From Archaeoglobaceae archaeon (GTDB taxonomy: Archaea > Halobacteriota > Archaeoglobi > Archaeoglobales > Archaeoglobaceae), in contig JBEVCD010000017.1 in assembly GCA_040514265.1 (NCBI GenBank), positions 9,287-73,286 of the forward strand: a stretch of DNA of 64,000 bases, given 5' to 3'. The position numbers and the translations under genes are program-made. Shown here piece after piece: positions 8,571-17,813 of the stretch. The notes under the pieces were generated by a model. The model was not told the origin of the DNA. It ran no database searches and saw only the letters and a list, made by a program, of their open reading frames with translations. The stretch's first letter is position 1; each line of letters begins with the position of its first letter.

Positions 8571-9167
8571 CTATTCGGAACTTTCCAGCGACTTTCCCAT
8601 CTCTTCGATCCAATTCTGGATGCTCTTGTCTCGGAGTCTTGACTTATCGACAACCACAATCTTTCTGACGCCCGGAATCACCTCTGCATCGATCTGTAAA
8701 GCTTTTAGAATACCCTTGAGTATTCTGAGAAACATATTCGTTGCACTCCTCGAAACCAGCGTTAAGATGAATATGCCTCCCTCCTCTGTAAAGCTCAGAA
8801 CGTTCCCGAACTGGAAGTGCTCAAGTACATCGCTCAGATCCAAGTCTCTGAGCTTGAATTCCATGCCAATTTCGTAGCCGATGTTTTCTATGAGTTTCCA
8901 GAACTCGTCGTCTGCTTTCGAATTCACAAAATCGAGGATTGCGATCCACACTTCGAGATCGATAAGGACGTGATCCCTCCTTTCGAGTATCTTCTCGTAG
9001 TGCTTTAGGTCGGTGAGTCTCGTTCCACCTTCTGCAAGCTCGGCGTAGGCCAAGATCGATTCCCTGATTATGTCGGAAACTGTCTTGTTCTGCGCAGTCG
9101 TGAGTCTGTTCAGAACGTCTATTATCGATTCATCCACCGCGACCGATAACCTCTTGTACTTGACCAT
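8571..9167 (-). CDS. ribbon-helix-helix (CopG-like) domain protein with uncharacterised C-terminal domain
   Basis: The N-terminus MVKYKRLSVAVDESIIDVLNRLTTAQNKTVSDIIRESILAY fits the RHH beta-alpha-alpha pattern. The gene ends 32 nt upstream of the radical SAM gene on the same strand. Confidence 0.6.
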   Translation of the reverse strand: MVKYKRLSVAVDESIIDVLNRLTTAQNKTVSDIIRESILAYAELAEGGTRLTDLKHYEKILERRDHVLIDLEVWIAILDFVNSKADDEFWKLIENIGYEIGMEFKLRDLDLSDVLEHFQFGNVLSFTEEGGIFILTLVSRSATNMFLRILKGILKALQIDAEVIPGVRKIVVVDKSRLRDKSIQNWIEEMGKSLESSE

Positions 9168-9353
9168 AGCATTTTTATGATGTCTTTCAAGAATTTAAAA
9201 GTTTTGACGCATTCTTTCATATGATATATGATAAGCTCTTAATCTTTGCGAGTATAAACATAAAAAGATTTATTTGTGTAAACTGAAATTGCAGTTCACG
9301 AAGAAAGTCCTACAACGTAAATTAAAAATCACAAAAAATAGGAGGAGGAATCT

Positions 9354-9524
9354 ATGAGTGGCACCTTCGATACCGGCAGGAGCATGATGACGTCCGGTAT
9401 GCTCATACAGCCCGACCACAAGCTTGCTCTAATTATGACAGTCTCTACTGTAACAGGAGTGCAGGTTAGAAAGATAGAAGCTGATATTTTTGATAATAAA
9501 ATTTATCTTTGGTTTAGCTGCTAA
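9354..9524 (+). CDS. small hypothetical protein (56 aa)
   Basis: The ATG is preceded by AGGAGGAGG with a 5-nt spacer. The ORF MSGTFDTGRSMMTSGMLIQPDHKLALIMTVSTVTGVQVRKIEADIFDNKIYLWFSC ends 14 nt before the TauE-like gene. It is below the ORF-track size cutoff and I recognise no homology. Confidence 0.3.
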   Translation: MSGTFDTGRSMMTSGMLIQPDHKLALIMTVSTVTGVQVRKIEADIFDNKIYLWFSC

Positions 9525-9538
9525 GGTGGTGAAGGGAG

Positions 9539-10408
9539 ATGGAGTATATAATGTGGATGGCTCTGCTCTTCGTCTTTGCCTTCATCATCGGAATCATAGC
9601 CCCAGTGTCGGGAGTTGGCGGAGGCGTTCTTTTTGTACCTTTAACAACCGCATTCTTTCCCTTCAACATAGACTTCGTGAGGGGGGCTGGGCTGACGCTA
9701 GCCTTAACATCCGCCCTCTCCTCCTCCCCAAGGTTAATTGAAAGGGGGCTTGCCAATCTGAGGGTTGCGATAGTCATCGCAACGGTTTCTATAGCCTCAT
9801 CAATTGCTGGAAGTGTTCTCGGGCTCTGGATAACTAACGAGCTACCGGAGGGTAAGCACTACATCACCATAGCCCTCGGCATAACACTTCTCTTCATTTT
9901 CGTGGTGATGGTTAAGAGCAAAAGGGTGGAGTTCCCCGAGGTTACTGAAGTCGATCCCATTTCGAAAAAGCTCGATTTGGCTGGCAAATGGTATGAACCG
10001 TCAAGGAGCGAGGTTGTTGAATACAGACTCACGAGACTTCCCTACTCTCTACCAGCCTTCGCAGGTGTTGGACTGATTGCGGGAATGTTTGGCCTTGGAG
10101 CTGGCTGGGCGAACGTGCCCGTGCTTAACCTTTTGATGGGCGCTCCGCTTAGGATTGCTGTCTCAACGAGCATGCTTATAATAGCTCTGAACGATGCTGC
10201 TGCTATGTGGGTTTACATTGCTAAGGGTGCAGTTTTGCCGCTCATCGTTGTCCCCTCAGTATTTGGAGTTTTCATCGGTGCGAGAATCGGAGCTATGATT
10301 GCTGAGAGGGTTAGGCCGAGGATAATAAGGCTTGTCGTGCTCGGAATAATGCTCCTTGCAGCCCTGCTCGACATTGAGAAGGGGCTTACCGGTTTGGGGG
10401 TGATGTGA
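9539..10408 (+). CDS. TauE/SafE-family anion exporter (sulfite exporter-like permease)
   Basis: 289-aa polytopic membrane protein with the duplicated G-rich helices (VSGVGGGVLFVPL and MFGLGAGWANVPVL) typical of TauE/SafE (DUF81). Confidence 0.8.
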   Translation: MEYIMWMALLFVFAFIIGIIAPVSGVGGGVLFVPLTTAFFPFNIDFVRGAGLTLALTSALSSSPRLIERGLANLRVAIVIATVSIASSIAGSVLGLWITNELPEGKHYITIALGITLLFIFVVMVKSKRVEFPEVTEVDPISKKLDLAGKWYEPSRSEVVEYRLTRLPYSLPAFAGVGLIAGMFGLGAGWANVPVLNLLMGAPLRIAVSTSMLIIALNDAAAMWVYIAKGAVLPLIVVPSVFGVFIGARIGAMIAERVRPRIIRLVVLGIMLLAALLDIEKGLTGLGVM

Positions 10409-10815
10409 TGGAAGTCGAAGTAGGGAAGGAGTACATAAGGTTTGCGAAGATTATAAGATACTTTACGAGCGCAGGACTGATTTTGCTCATAGTTTCTTTA
10501 ATAATGTACCTGCTTAACATAAATCCCTTTGTGGAACCAGACAGAGTTGTGAAAACTTGGCACCTTTCAGCCTCGGAGTTCTGGAGGGTCAACGTGGGAA
10601 AGGAGATGGAAGGCTACTCGGAGTATCTTTATATCTATCATCCAGACAATTTAGCAGTTTTCTCGCTCTTCCTCCTCGCCTTAGCCCCTGTCTTCGCACT
10701 GCTGAGCATACTGCCCAAGATGAAGGGAATTTACCGAATCCTGACTCTAATAGTAATTGCTGAGCTACTCTTCGGGGCTGCCAGACCGCTGATACTTGGA
10801 GCTTTCGGCGAGTAG
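10405..10815 (+). CDS. DUF1634-type small membrane protein
   Basis: 136-aa membrane protein with a 4-nt overlap onto the TauE-like gene. This is the usual DUF81-DUF1634 pairing. Confidence 0.6.
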   Translation: MMEVEVGKEYIRFAKIIRYFTSAGLILLIVSLIMYLLNINPFVEPDRVVKTWHLSASEFWRVNVGKEMEGYSEYLYIYHPDNLAVFSLFLLALAPVFALLSILPKMKGIYRILTLIVIAELLFGAARPLILGAFGE

Positions 10816-10910
10816 CTACCACATTGGCTGATCAGTCAAAATTCCAAGCGTCCCTTTTCTTACTCCCTCGGTAGGTAAAGCTTATAATCTCCGCACAGCC
10901 CTTTCCCCGT

Positions 10911-11297
10911 ATGGAGTTCAAGGTCGTCATATCCGATCCGAAGACGGGAAGGGCTTACCAGAAGACGATAAGCGGAGCCAACGCTAACAGACTGATAGGA
11001 AAACAGATAGGCGACATCATAAGCGGAACAGTCGTGGAGCTTCCTCCCGATTACGAGCTGCAGATAACGGGGGGAACTGACAAGGACGGATTCCCCATGC
11101 GCCCCGATCTGCCGGGCTCCGGAAGGCGAAGACTTCTGCTTTCTGGAGGGGTAGGATACAGACCAAAGGAAAGGGGTGTAAGAAGGCGGAAGATGGTCAG
11201 GGGAAGAGTGATCTCGAAGGATATCGTTCAGATCAACATGAAGGTCGTCAAGCACGGCAAGGTTCCGCTTGAGGAGATATTCAAGCAGAGCGAGTAG
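10911..11297 (+). CDS. rps6e: 30S ribosomal protein S6e
   Basis: [17 protein letters not shown]...[16 protein letters not shown]...RRRKMVRG is the characteristic S6e sequence. Confidence 0.95.
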   Translation: MEFKVVISDPKTGRAYQKTISGANANRLIGKQIGDIISGTVVELPPDYELQITGGTDKDGFPMRPDLPGSGRRRLLLSGGVGYRPKERGVRRRKMVRGRVISKDIVQINMKVVKHGKVPLEEIFKQSE

Positions 11298-11915
11298 ATG
11301 TCCCTCCTGAACCACAAGGGCAGGGCTAGACTCTTTTATAAATACTTTTCAAAAATATACGACTACGTAAACCCCATTTTCTACTCGGAGGAAATGAGAA
11401 AGACTGTCGTCGACATGGCGAAGATAGGCAGAAACAGCTTCGTCCTCGAAGTCGGGTGCGGTACAGGCTTCACAACCGAAGAGATAGCGAGGCGTTGCGG
11501 GCAGGAAAACGTCGTAGCGGTCGATTTAACTCCAGATCAAGTTGCGAGGGCTGTGAGAAAACTTCCGAAGGTGAACTACGTCATAGGAGATGCCGAAAAC
11601 CTCCCGTTCGATGACGACACGTTCGATGCGGCTATTTCAGCTGGCAGCATAGAATACTGGCCGAATCCGAAGAGGGGAATCGCGGAGATGGCGAGGGTCA
11701 CGAAGAGCGGGGGTAGAGTGGTTATACTGGCTCCGCGCAAGCCGGACAACTTTTTCGCCAGAAAGTTCGCGGAATCCATAATGCTCTTCCCTTCCACCCA
11801 GCAGTGCGTCAGCTGGTTCCTTAGCACCGGTTTGAAGGACGTGAGGTACGTCGAGACGGGACCTTACTTCTTCTGGAAAAAGCTGGTCGTGATAGTTTCC
11901 GGCGTCGTTCCGTGA
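11298..11915 (+). CDS. class I SAM-dependent methyltransferase (UbiE/COQ5-like)
   Basis: It has motif I VLEVGCGTG and the post-I and motif II/III pattern (AVDLTP..., GDAENLPFDDDTFD). The gene starts immediately after the rps6e stop codon. Confidence 0.8.
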   Translation: MSLLNHKGRARLFYKYFSKIYDYVNPIFYSEEMRKTVVDMAKIGRNSFVLEVGCGTGFTTEEIARRCGQENVVAVDLTPDQVARAVRKLPKVNYVIGDAENLPFDDDTFDAAISAGSIEYWPNPKRGIAEMARVTKSGGRVVILAPRKPDNFFARKFAESIMLFPSTQQCVSWFLSTGLKDVRYVETGPYFFWKKLVVIVSGVVP

Positions 11916-11927
11916 ACTTTTTAACAG

Positions 11928-12347
11928 ATGCGACCGCCCGATGTTATGGACAGGGTTATGTACATCGGACCTCTGATGCTCGACGAACCGGAGAAGTTCG
12001 ACCTCGAAGAGTTCGTGAGACAGGCGATAGCTATGGAAGCCGAGAGGCTATTCTACTCCAACGGAAGGCTTTTTCTCGTCGACTACGAAACGCTCCACGG
12101 CATAATCGACGAAAAGTTCGTGATAGTCGAACTCATAACCTACGCATCCTTCACCGAAGTTGGCGAGTACAGGAACTGGGTCGTTTACTACGGGAACGAC
12201 GATGAAGTTCAGTACGTCTCGAAGATAAAGGACTTCAGGGGAGACATGACGATCATACCGATAATAAGAACGAGAGACCGCTTCATAAGGAAGATAGAGG
12301 AGTTCATAGCCGAGGGCAAGTTCACGGACTTTACTGCTCAGAAATGA
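11928..12347 (+). CDS. hypothetical protein
   Basis: 139-aa ORF with coding-like composition and no recognisable motif. The start could be M7 or M11. Confidence 0.5.
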   Translation: MRPPDVMDRVMYIGPLMLDEPEKFDLEEFVRQAIAMEAERLFYSNGRLFLVDYETLHGIIDEKFVIVELITYASFTEVGEYRNWVVYYGNDDEVQYVSKIKDFRGDMTIIPIIRTRDRFIRKIEEFIAEGKFTDFTAQK

Positions 12348-12888
12348 ATTCTGCAACTATTCTGGCGAGTTCGTCGAACTTCCCGAAATAGAAATGATCC
12401 GTTTCCAGCTTCACGATCTTTTTGGGTTCGCTGGCGCGCTCGTATAACGTCATCGATACTCTGAGCGGAACTATCTGGTCGCGAGAAGCTACCACGAACA
12501 GTTTAGGAATCTCAACGTCCTTGAACTCTATCGAGTCGATCTCCGGAATTGGAGAGATGTAGACGGCTTTTTCACAGTATTCCGCGATGTTAGAAGCTAC
12601 GACGCTTCCGAACGAGTATCCGACGACGCTGACGGCTTCGTGTCTGTGCTTGAGGTAAGCGAGGCACTTTTTGGCATCCTCCACCTCCCCGATGCCGCTC
12701 CGGTAGGGTCTGGAGTAGTCGAAGCGGAGGACACTGAAGTTCCTGCTCAGCAGCTCGTTCGCTATCCTTTCGAGTCTGACGTCGAACATACTCCCGCCGA
12801 AGAGAGGGTGCGGTGGACAGAGCAGGACGGCTTTCGTTCCCCTGACGTCGTAGATCGCCCTTACGGAGTCTACGAAAATCTCGGTCAT
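12331..12888 (-). CDS. alpha/beta hydrolase (COG2945-like)
   Basis: It has the GYSFGS nucleophile elbow (GxSxG) and a PHPLFGG oxyanion region, at 185 aa. Confidence 0.75.
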   Translation of the reverse strand: MTEIFVDSVRAIYDVRGTKAVLLCPPHPLFGGSMFDVRLERIANELLSRNFSVLRFDYSRPYRSGIGEVEDAKKCLAYLKHRHEAVSVVGYSFGSVVASNIAEYCEKAVYISPIPEIDSIEFKDVEIPKLFVVASRDQIVPLRVSMTLYERASEPKKIVKLETDHFYFGKFDELARIVAEFISEQ

Positions 12889-13736
12889 TGTCTGGACCTC
12901 CTTATCTTATCTATAGCCTCTTCAGCCGACTCCGCGACGCTGCCTCCGAGTTCTGCGATCTTCTCCAGCTTTTCGATGTCTTCTTCGCTGCCGATTATCC
13001 CGAGCACCATCGCCGCGTCTTCCCTTATCCTTTCGTCCTCGTGCTCCAGCAGTTCCGCCACGATCTTGCGGGCTTCCGCCACGATTTCTCTCTCGCTTGA
13101 GAGGGACTCCAGCAGAGCCATCGCACCTAGCCGCACGATGAACTCCCTGTGCGCTACGAGCTTTGCGAGAACTTTTCCGAGCTTCCTCTCTCTAACGAGG
13201 TTTCTCGCTTCCTCGAACTTTCCGCTACGCAGAAGTTCGACGAGGTAGCTTTCGTAGTCTCCCTCGCTGGCACGCCTTATCCATTCGTAAGCCTCCTCTT
13301 CGCCGACAGCACCTTCGAGCTTTAGATCGCAGAAGAACGTTGTCGGAACAACTTCCACACCTTCAGAAGCTTCGTAGATATGATACTCGCTTCCGCTTCT
13401 TATGCAAGCCCTGCCCACCGCTTCGACAGTCACAGCGCAGTTCGGGCAGAGATCGGTAACGAACGTCTTGACGACGCAGCCGAGCCTTTCCTCTTCCTTC
13501 AGCTCGCAGCAGCTCTTGAGCAGCGCGAGAAAAGCCTGAAACTCCAAGCCACGGGGAATGAAGTGGTAGTAGATGTTGCAGAACTCGAAGACGTCGTCCT
13601 TCACGTTCTCGACCTCGATGTTGTCTGAAAGCTCCGCCAGCTTCCTCGCGAAATCCGCGAACCTTCCGCCGGCTCGAACCTTCACCTTGCACTTGATTCC
13701 GTCGAGGAACTTCTTGGCGATAACCTCGCTGAACAT
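12885..13736 (-). CDS. thioredoxin-like (CPNC) domain fused to HEAT-type repeats
   Basis: A CPNC redox-type motif lies in the N-terminal half. The C-terminal half has helical repeats (GAMALLESL..., [23 protein letters not shown]) resembling HEAT/PBS-lyase repeats. A 4-nt overlap couples it to the hydrolase gene. Confidence 0.55.
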   Translation of the reverse strand: MFSEVIAKKFLDGIKCKVKVRAGGRFADFARKLAELSDNIEVENVKDDVFEFCNIYYHFIPRGLEFQAFLALLKSCCELKEEERLGCVVKTFVTDLCPNCAVTVEAVGRACIRSGSEYHIYEASEGVEVVPTTFFCDLKLEGAVGEEEAYEWIRRASEGDYESYLVELLRSGKFEEARNLVRERKLGKVLAKLVAHREFIVRLGAMALLESLSSEREIVAEARKIVAELLEHEDERIREDAAMVLGIIGSEEDIEKLEKIAELGGSVAESAEEAIDKIRRSRQ

Positions 13737-13787
13737 TTAAGTGTCTTCAGCCACCAAAAATTTAAGTTTTCCCGACGACTCTTTGCG

Positions 13788-15872
13788 ATGATAAGCACAC
13801 CCGAGCTGTGGACGGAGTTCTTCGAGAGGTACTATCAGGAAAAAATAAACAGGCTCGCGTACCACATAAAGACGGGCGGAGACGGTAGATCACTCTACGT
13901 CAACTTTAAAGACCTCATGATATTTCACGAGGGGAAGTTAGCCGAGGAACTCCTCGAAAGCCCGGACGCTGTAATGGAGCACGCTGCACGCGGGCTTGCG
14001 ATGACCGGCAACATATATGGCGTGTCACTCGAAGGCTGCAAACCCCGCTTTTACTCGCTCCCCTCGACGAGGAAAGTTCTGATCAGGAATCTGAGGGCTG
14101 AACACATCGAGAAGTTCGTGGCGATCGAGGGGATAGTCAGAAAGGTAACCGAAGTCAGACCGCGCATAGTTGAGGCGGCTTTCGGTTGTTCAAACTGCGG
14201 AAGCGTAACCCGCGTTGTTCAAGAGGACGTAGTCCTAAGATCTCCTTCCGAGTGTCCGCGCTGTCACGCAAAGAGGCTCACGTTCCTTCCGAAGGAGAGT
14301 AGGGCTGTTGACAGTCAGCGTGTGAAGATTCAGGAGTATCCGGAGAACCTCAAGGGCGGCGAGCAGCCGCAGAGCATAGACGTGATTCTCGAGGGCGACC
14401 TAGCGGGAAAAATAAACCCCGGAGATCGCGTTGTGATAAACGGAATAGTCCGTTCGAGACCGAGGGGGAGCGGAAAGAAGCTTGTCCACCTCGACCTTTT
14501 CGTGGAGGGTAACTCGATCGAGATTCTGCAGCAGGAGTACGAGGAGTTCGAGATAACCGAGGAGGACAAGAAGAGGATTCTGCAGCTCGTCAGCAGCGGG
14601 AACATTTACGAGAAGGTCGTGAGGTCGATAGCACCGTCGATATACGGGCACGAAGACGTCAAGCTCGCCATAGCACTCCAGCTCTTCGGAGGAATTCCGA
14701 AGAAGCTCCCGGACGGCACCGAGATCAGGGGCGACATTCACATACTGCTCGTCGGCGATCCCGGGGTTGCGAAGAGTCAGCTGCTCCGCTACATTCACAG
14801 GATAGCTCCGCGTAGCGTGTACACAACCGGCAAGGGGACGACGACGGCGGGACTTACTGCTACGGCTGTCAGAGACGAGGTCGACGGGCGGTGGACGCTC
14901 GAAGCCGGAGCGCTCGTGCTGGCTGACAAGGGGATAGCACTCGTGGACGAAATAGACAAGATGAGGAAGGAGGATCACTCAGCCCTACACGAGGCGCTTG
15001 AGCAGCAAACGATTAGCGTCGCCAAGGCGGGAATAAACGCGATACTCCGCGCGCGTTGCGCACTCTTAGGAGCTGCAAATCCGAAATACGGTCGATTCGA
15101 CCGCTTTTCACCAATAGCAGAGCAGATAGACCTTTCGCCGACGCTGCTTTCGAGGTTCGACCTAATATTCGTCATGACCGACGACCCGGAGGAGGCGAAG
15201 GACAGGGAGATAGCGAGGCACATACTCGAAGCCCACCAGCTCGGAGAGATGGTGGAGAGGAGGAAGAACTTCGGCGACTACAGCGAAGAAATGCTGAAGG
15301 TGAAAGCCAAAAAGATAGAGCCAGCCATAGAGCCCGAGCTCCTCAGGAAGTACATAGCCTACGCTAAGAAGACAGTCTTCCCCGTCCTCACGGAGGAGGC
15401 GAAGAGGAGGATAGAGGAGTACTACGTCTCGCTGAGGTCAAAGGCGAAGGAAAACTCGCCCGTACCGATAACAGCCAGACAGCTCGAAAGTTTGATCAGA
15501 CTCGCCGAGGCTTCCGCTAGAATGCGGCTCAGCGACAGGGTCGAGGTGGAGGACGTCGAGAGGGTGATAGGCATAATGGAGAGGAGTCTTGCGCAGATAG
15601 CTGTAGATCCCGAAACCGGCGAGTTCGACATAGACTACGCGTTTACCGGCACCTCGAAGAGGCAGAGGGACAGGATAGTGATCGTGAAGAGGATAATAGA
15701 GGAACTCGAAGACAAGACGAGCTACGGCGCTCCTGAGGAGGACGTTCTCGACGCCTGCGAGAGGGAGGGGATAGAGAGGGAGAAAGCCAGAGAGGTTCTC
15801 AACAAGCTCAGGCAGTTCGGCGAGGTTTGGTCGCCGAAGCCCGGTTACTACAGACTGCTTCCGAAAGTGTAA
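13788..15872 (+). CDS. mcm: MCM replicative helicase
   Basis: It has a zinc finger (CSNCGS...CPRCH), Walker [10 protein letters not shown], Walker B DEIDKM, the arginine finger SRFDL, and a C-terminal winged-helix region. Confidence 0.95.
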   Translation: MISTPELWTEFFERYYQEKINRLAYHIKTGGDGRSLYVNFKDLMIFHEGKLAEELLESPDAVMEHAARGLAMTGNIYGVSLEGCKPRFYSLPSTRKVLIRNLRAEHIEKFVAIEGIVRKVTEVRPRIVEAAFGCSNCGSVTRVVQEDVVLRSPSECPRCHAKRLTFLPKESRAVDSQRVKIQEYPENLKGGEQPQSIDVILEGDLAGKINPGDRVVINGIVRSRPRGSGKKLVHLDLFVEGNSIEILQQEYEEFEITEEDKKRILQLVSSGNIYEKVVRSIAPSIYGHEDVKLAIALQLFGGIPKKLPDGTEIRGDIHILLVGDPGVAKSQLLRYIHRIAPRSVYTTGKGTTTAGLTATAVRDEVDGRWTLEAGALVLADKGIALVDEIDKMRKEDHSALHEALEQQTISVAKAGINAILRARCALLGAANPKYGRFDRFSPIAEQIDLSPTLLSRFDLIFVMTDDPEEAKDREIARHILEAHQLGEMVERRKNFGDYSEEMLKVKAKKIEPAIEPELLRKYIAYAKKTVFPVLTEEAKRRIEEYYVSLRSKAKENSPVPITARQLESLIRLAEASARMRLSDRVEVEDVERVIGIMERSLAQIAVDPETGEFDIDYAFTGTSKRQRDRIVIVKRIIEELEDKTSYGAPEEDVLDACEREGIEREKAREVLNKLRQFGEVWSPKPGYYRLLPKV

Positions 15873-15898
15873 TAATTTCCAGAGGGTGAGGGGTAACA

Positions 15899-16588
15899 AT
15901 GGTCTACAGGGTCGGTATAGTTCCGCTCGACGTACAACTGGGCGGCGGGATACCGGAGGGAAGAATAGCCATAATCTTCGAAGAGCCCGGAGCGGGGGCG
16001 GAAGTCTTCACCTACCACTTTGCAGTCGAAGGAGCGAGGCTCGGAGAGAGAGTCCTCTACATCACCCAGCAGAACATGCTGGATTTGAAAGAAGAGATCA
16101 ACTCGTACTTCTCCCTCAGACCCGAAGAGTGGGAGTACATAGCAGTTCTCAGCCTCAAGTCGAGCCACGAGTCTAAGGATAGGGAATACCTGCGGAGGGG
16201 CATATACGACGCGATGAGCGGGATAAAAGTAATTCTGGAGAACGAAAATTTCAACCGCGTAGTGATAAACGACCTCGTGTATTTTCTGAAGTACTACGAG
16301 TTCGACGACGTCCTCGACTTCTTTGGTTACCTCGTCTCGAGGGCGAAAAAAGACAGGTTTTCCTGCCTCACGGTTTTGCCGAAGGGTCTTTTCGACGGGA
16401 GCGTCGAGGTTACGCTCAAACACAGCTTCGACATAGTCTTCGAGCTTACGCTTAAGGAGGTCGAGACCGAGGTTCAGAGGAGGCTGAAGGTGATAAAGTT
16501 CAGGGGCAAAGCTGTGCCGAAGGCTATCATGAGGTACGACCTCACAGATAGGGGAGTCAGGATGGAGTCCGTAATGAGGGTGCTATGA
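15899..16588 (+). CDS. KaiC/RadA-like RecA-superfamily protein with degenerate P-loop
   Basis: The KaiC-like N-terminus (PLDVQLGGGIPEGRIAIIFEEPGAGAEVF) has GAGAEV in place of the GxGKT Walker A motif. Confidence 0.65.
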   Translation: MVYRVGIVPLDVQLGGGIPEGRIAIIFEEPGAGAEVFTYHFAVEGARLGERVLYITQQNMLDLKEEINSYFSLRPEEWEYIAVLSLKSSHESKDREYLRRGIYDAMSGIKVILENENFNRVVINDLVYFLKYYEFDDVLDFFGYLVSRAKKDRFSCLTVLPKGLFDGSVEVTLKHSFDIVFELTLKEVETEVQRRLKVIKFRGKAVPKAIMRYDLTDRGVRMESVMRVL

Positions 16589-17010
16589 GGGTAACCTTCG
16601 GCGAAGTGGACACGTTCGGCGACTTTGCAACGCTTATAGATCCCAGATTCGTCCCAGACCTCGAAGTCGTGTCTTTTGCAGCTGAAAAAGCTCTGAAAGC
16701 TTGGAATAGGGGTGAGAGAATTTCGAGGAGCCTCGCGCTCGAAGTTCTGCTGTACTACGCGGCGACGAGGCAGATAAGGGAAGCCGTGAAGCTCGGAGCT
16801 AAGGGGGGAAGAGCTGTCATCGTTGTCATTGACGAGGAGGAGTTCTCGAAGCGCAACTTTAGAGAGCTCGACTTCAAGCCAGAGATCGACGAGAGAGCCA
16901 TTATGGAGCACTACGGAATAACGGAGGAGGAGTTGAAAGTTGCAGGGAGGGAAAAGCTATCGCTTTTAATAAGAGAGAGGATAGCCCTTTTTGCCGCTTT
17001 TAAAGAATGA
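16585..17010 (+). CDS. cgi121: KEOPS complex subunit Cgi121
   Basis: 141 aa, with SLALEVLLYYAATRQIREAV typical of archaeal Cgi121. It has 4-nt overlaps with both neighbouring genes. Confidence 0.75.
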   Translation: MRVTFGEVDTFGDFATLIDPRFVPDLEVVSFAAEKALKAWNRGERISRSLALEVLLYYAATRQIREAVKLGAKGGRAVIVVIDEEEFSKRNFRELDFKPEIDERAIMEHYGITEEELKVAGREKLSLLIRERIALFAAFKE

Positions 17011-17813
17011 AGGGTAGAGCTTACGCTGCGGGAACTGTTCTGAACGCCCTCGCAACGGGAATAGGCTCGGCTTTTCCCATAGACTTAGTCACCGAGGTGA
17101 AGGTCGAACTCGGCGGAAGCGGCGTTTTCGTGAATGGAGTTGCGAGGAAGAGCAGACTCGCGGACGAAATTCTGAAGCACTTCGGTGTAAAAGCAGGAGT
17201 GATGGTAAAGAGCGAGATACCAACCGGGAGCGGTCTGGGTAGCAGCAGCGCGTTCGCAAACGCTTTGATCGTTGCGATCTCCAGAGCTCTGGGGTTGAAA
17301 CTCTCAGCTTTCGACGTGCTGAAGTTAAACGCCGAACTGTCGCTGAGGGCGGGAGTAAGTTACACTGGAGCACTCGATGACGCTGCAGCCTCGCTGCTCG
17401 CGAAATTCGTTGTGACGGACAACAGCAAAATGAGGATACTTAGGCTGGATGAAGTGAAAGGCTACGCAGCCGTTCTCATCCCGAGATTCGGAAGGGGGAG
17501 GATAGAACTCGAAGAGATGCGAAGGAGGAGCGGAGAACTCGAAAAAGCCGTGGAACTGGCTCTGCGGGGCGATTACTGCGGGGCGATGAAGCTTAACACG
17601 AGCTTCTACTGCCGGCTGATAGGTTATCCCGTGGAAATAGCGGAGCTTGGATGGAAGAGCGGAATTTGCTGCGGCTTGAGTGGAAATGGACCGAGTTTCT
17701 GTGCTTTCGGAAGCAAAAAGGAGATGCTCGAACTTAAGGATGTTTGGAGCGGTTTCGGAGAGGTTTTGATTAGAAGAATTCCGGAGGAACCTACAGTTCC
17801 CTTACCATCCTGA
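17007..17813 (+). CDS. aroK: archaeal-type shikimate kinase (GHMP kinase family)
   Basis: The N-terminus GRAYAAGTVLNALATGIGSAF, the GHMP motif PTGSGLGSSSA and GLSGNGPS closely resemble the M. jannaschii shikimate kinase family. Confidence 0.85.
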   Translation: MKGRAYAAGTVLNALATGIGSAFPIDLVTEVKVELGGSGVFVNGVARKSRLADEILKHFGVKAGVMVKSEIPTGSGLGSSSAFANALIVAISRALGLKLSAFDVLKLNAELSLRAGVSYTGALDDAAASLLAKFVVTDNSKMRILRLDEVKGYAAVLIPRFGRGRIELEEMRRRSGELEKAVELALRGDYCGAMKLNTSFYCRLIGYPVEIAELGWKSGICCGLSGNGPSFCAFGSKKEMLELKDVWSGFGEVLIRRIPEEPTVPLPS

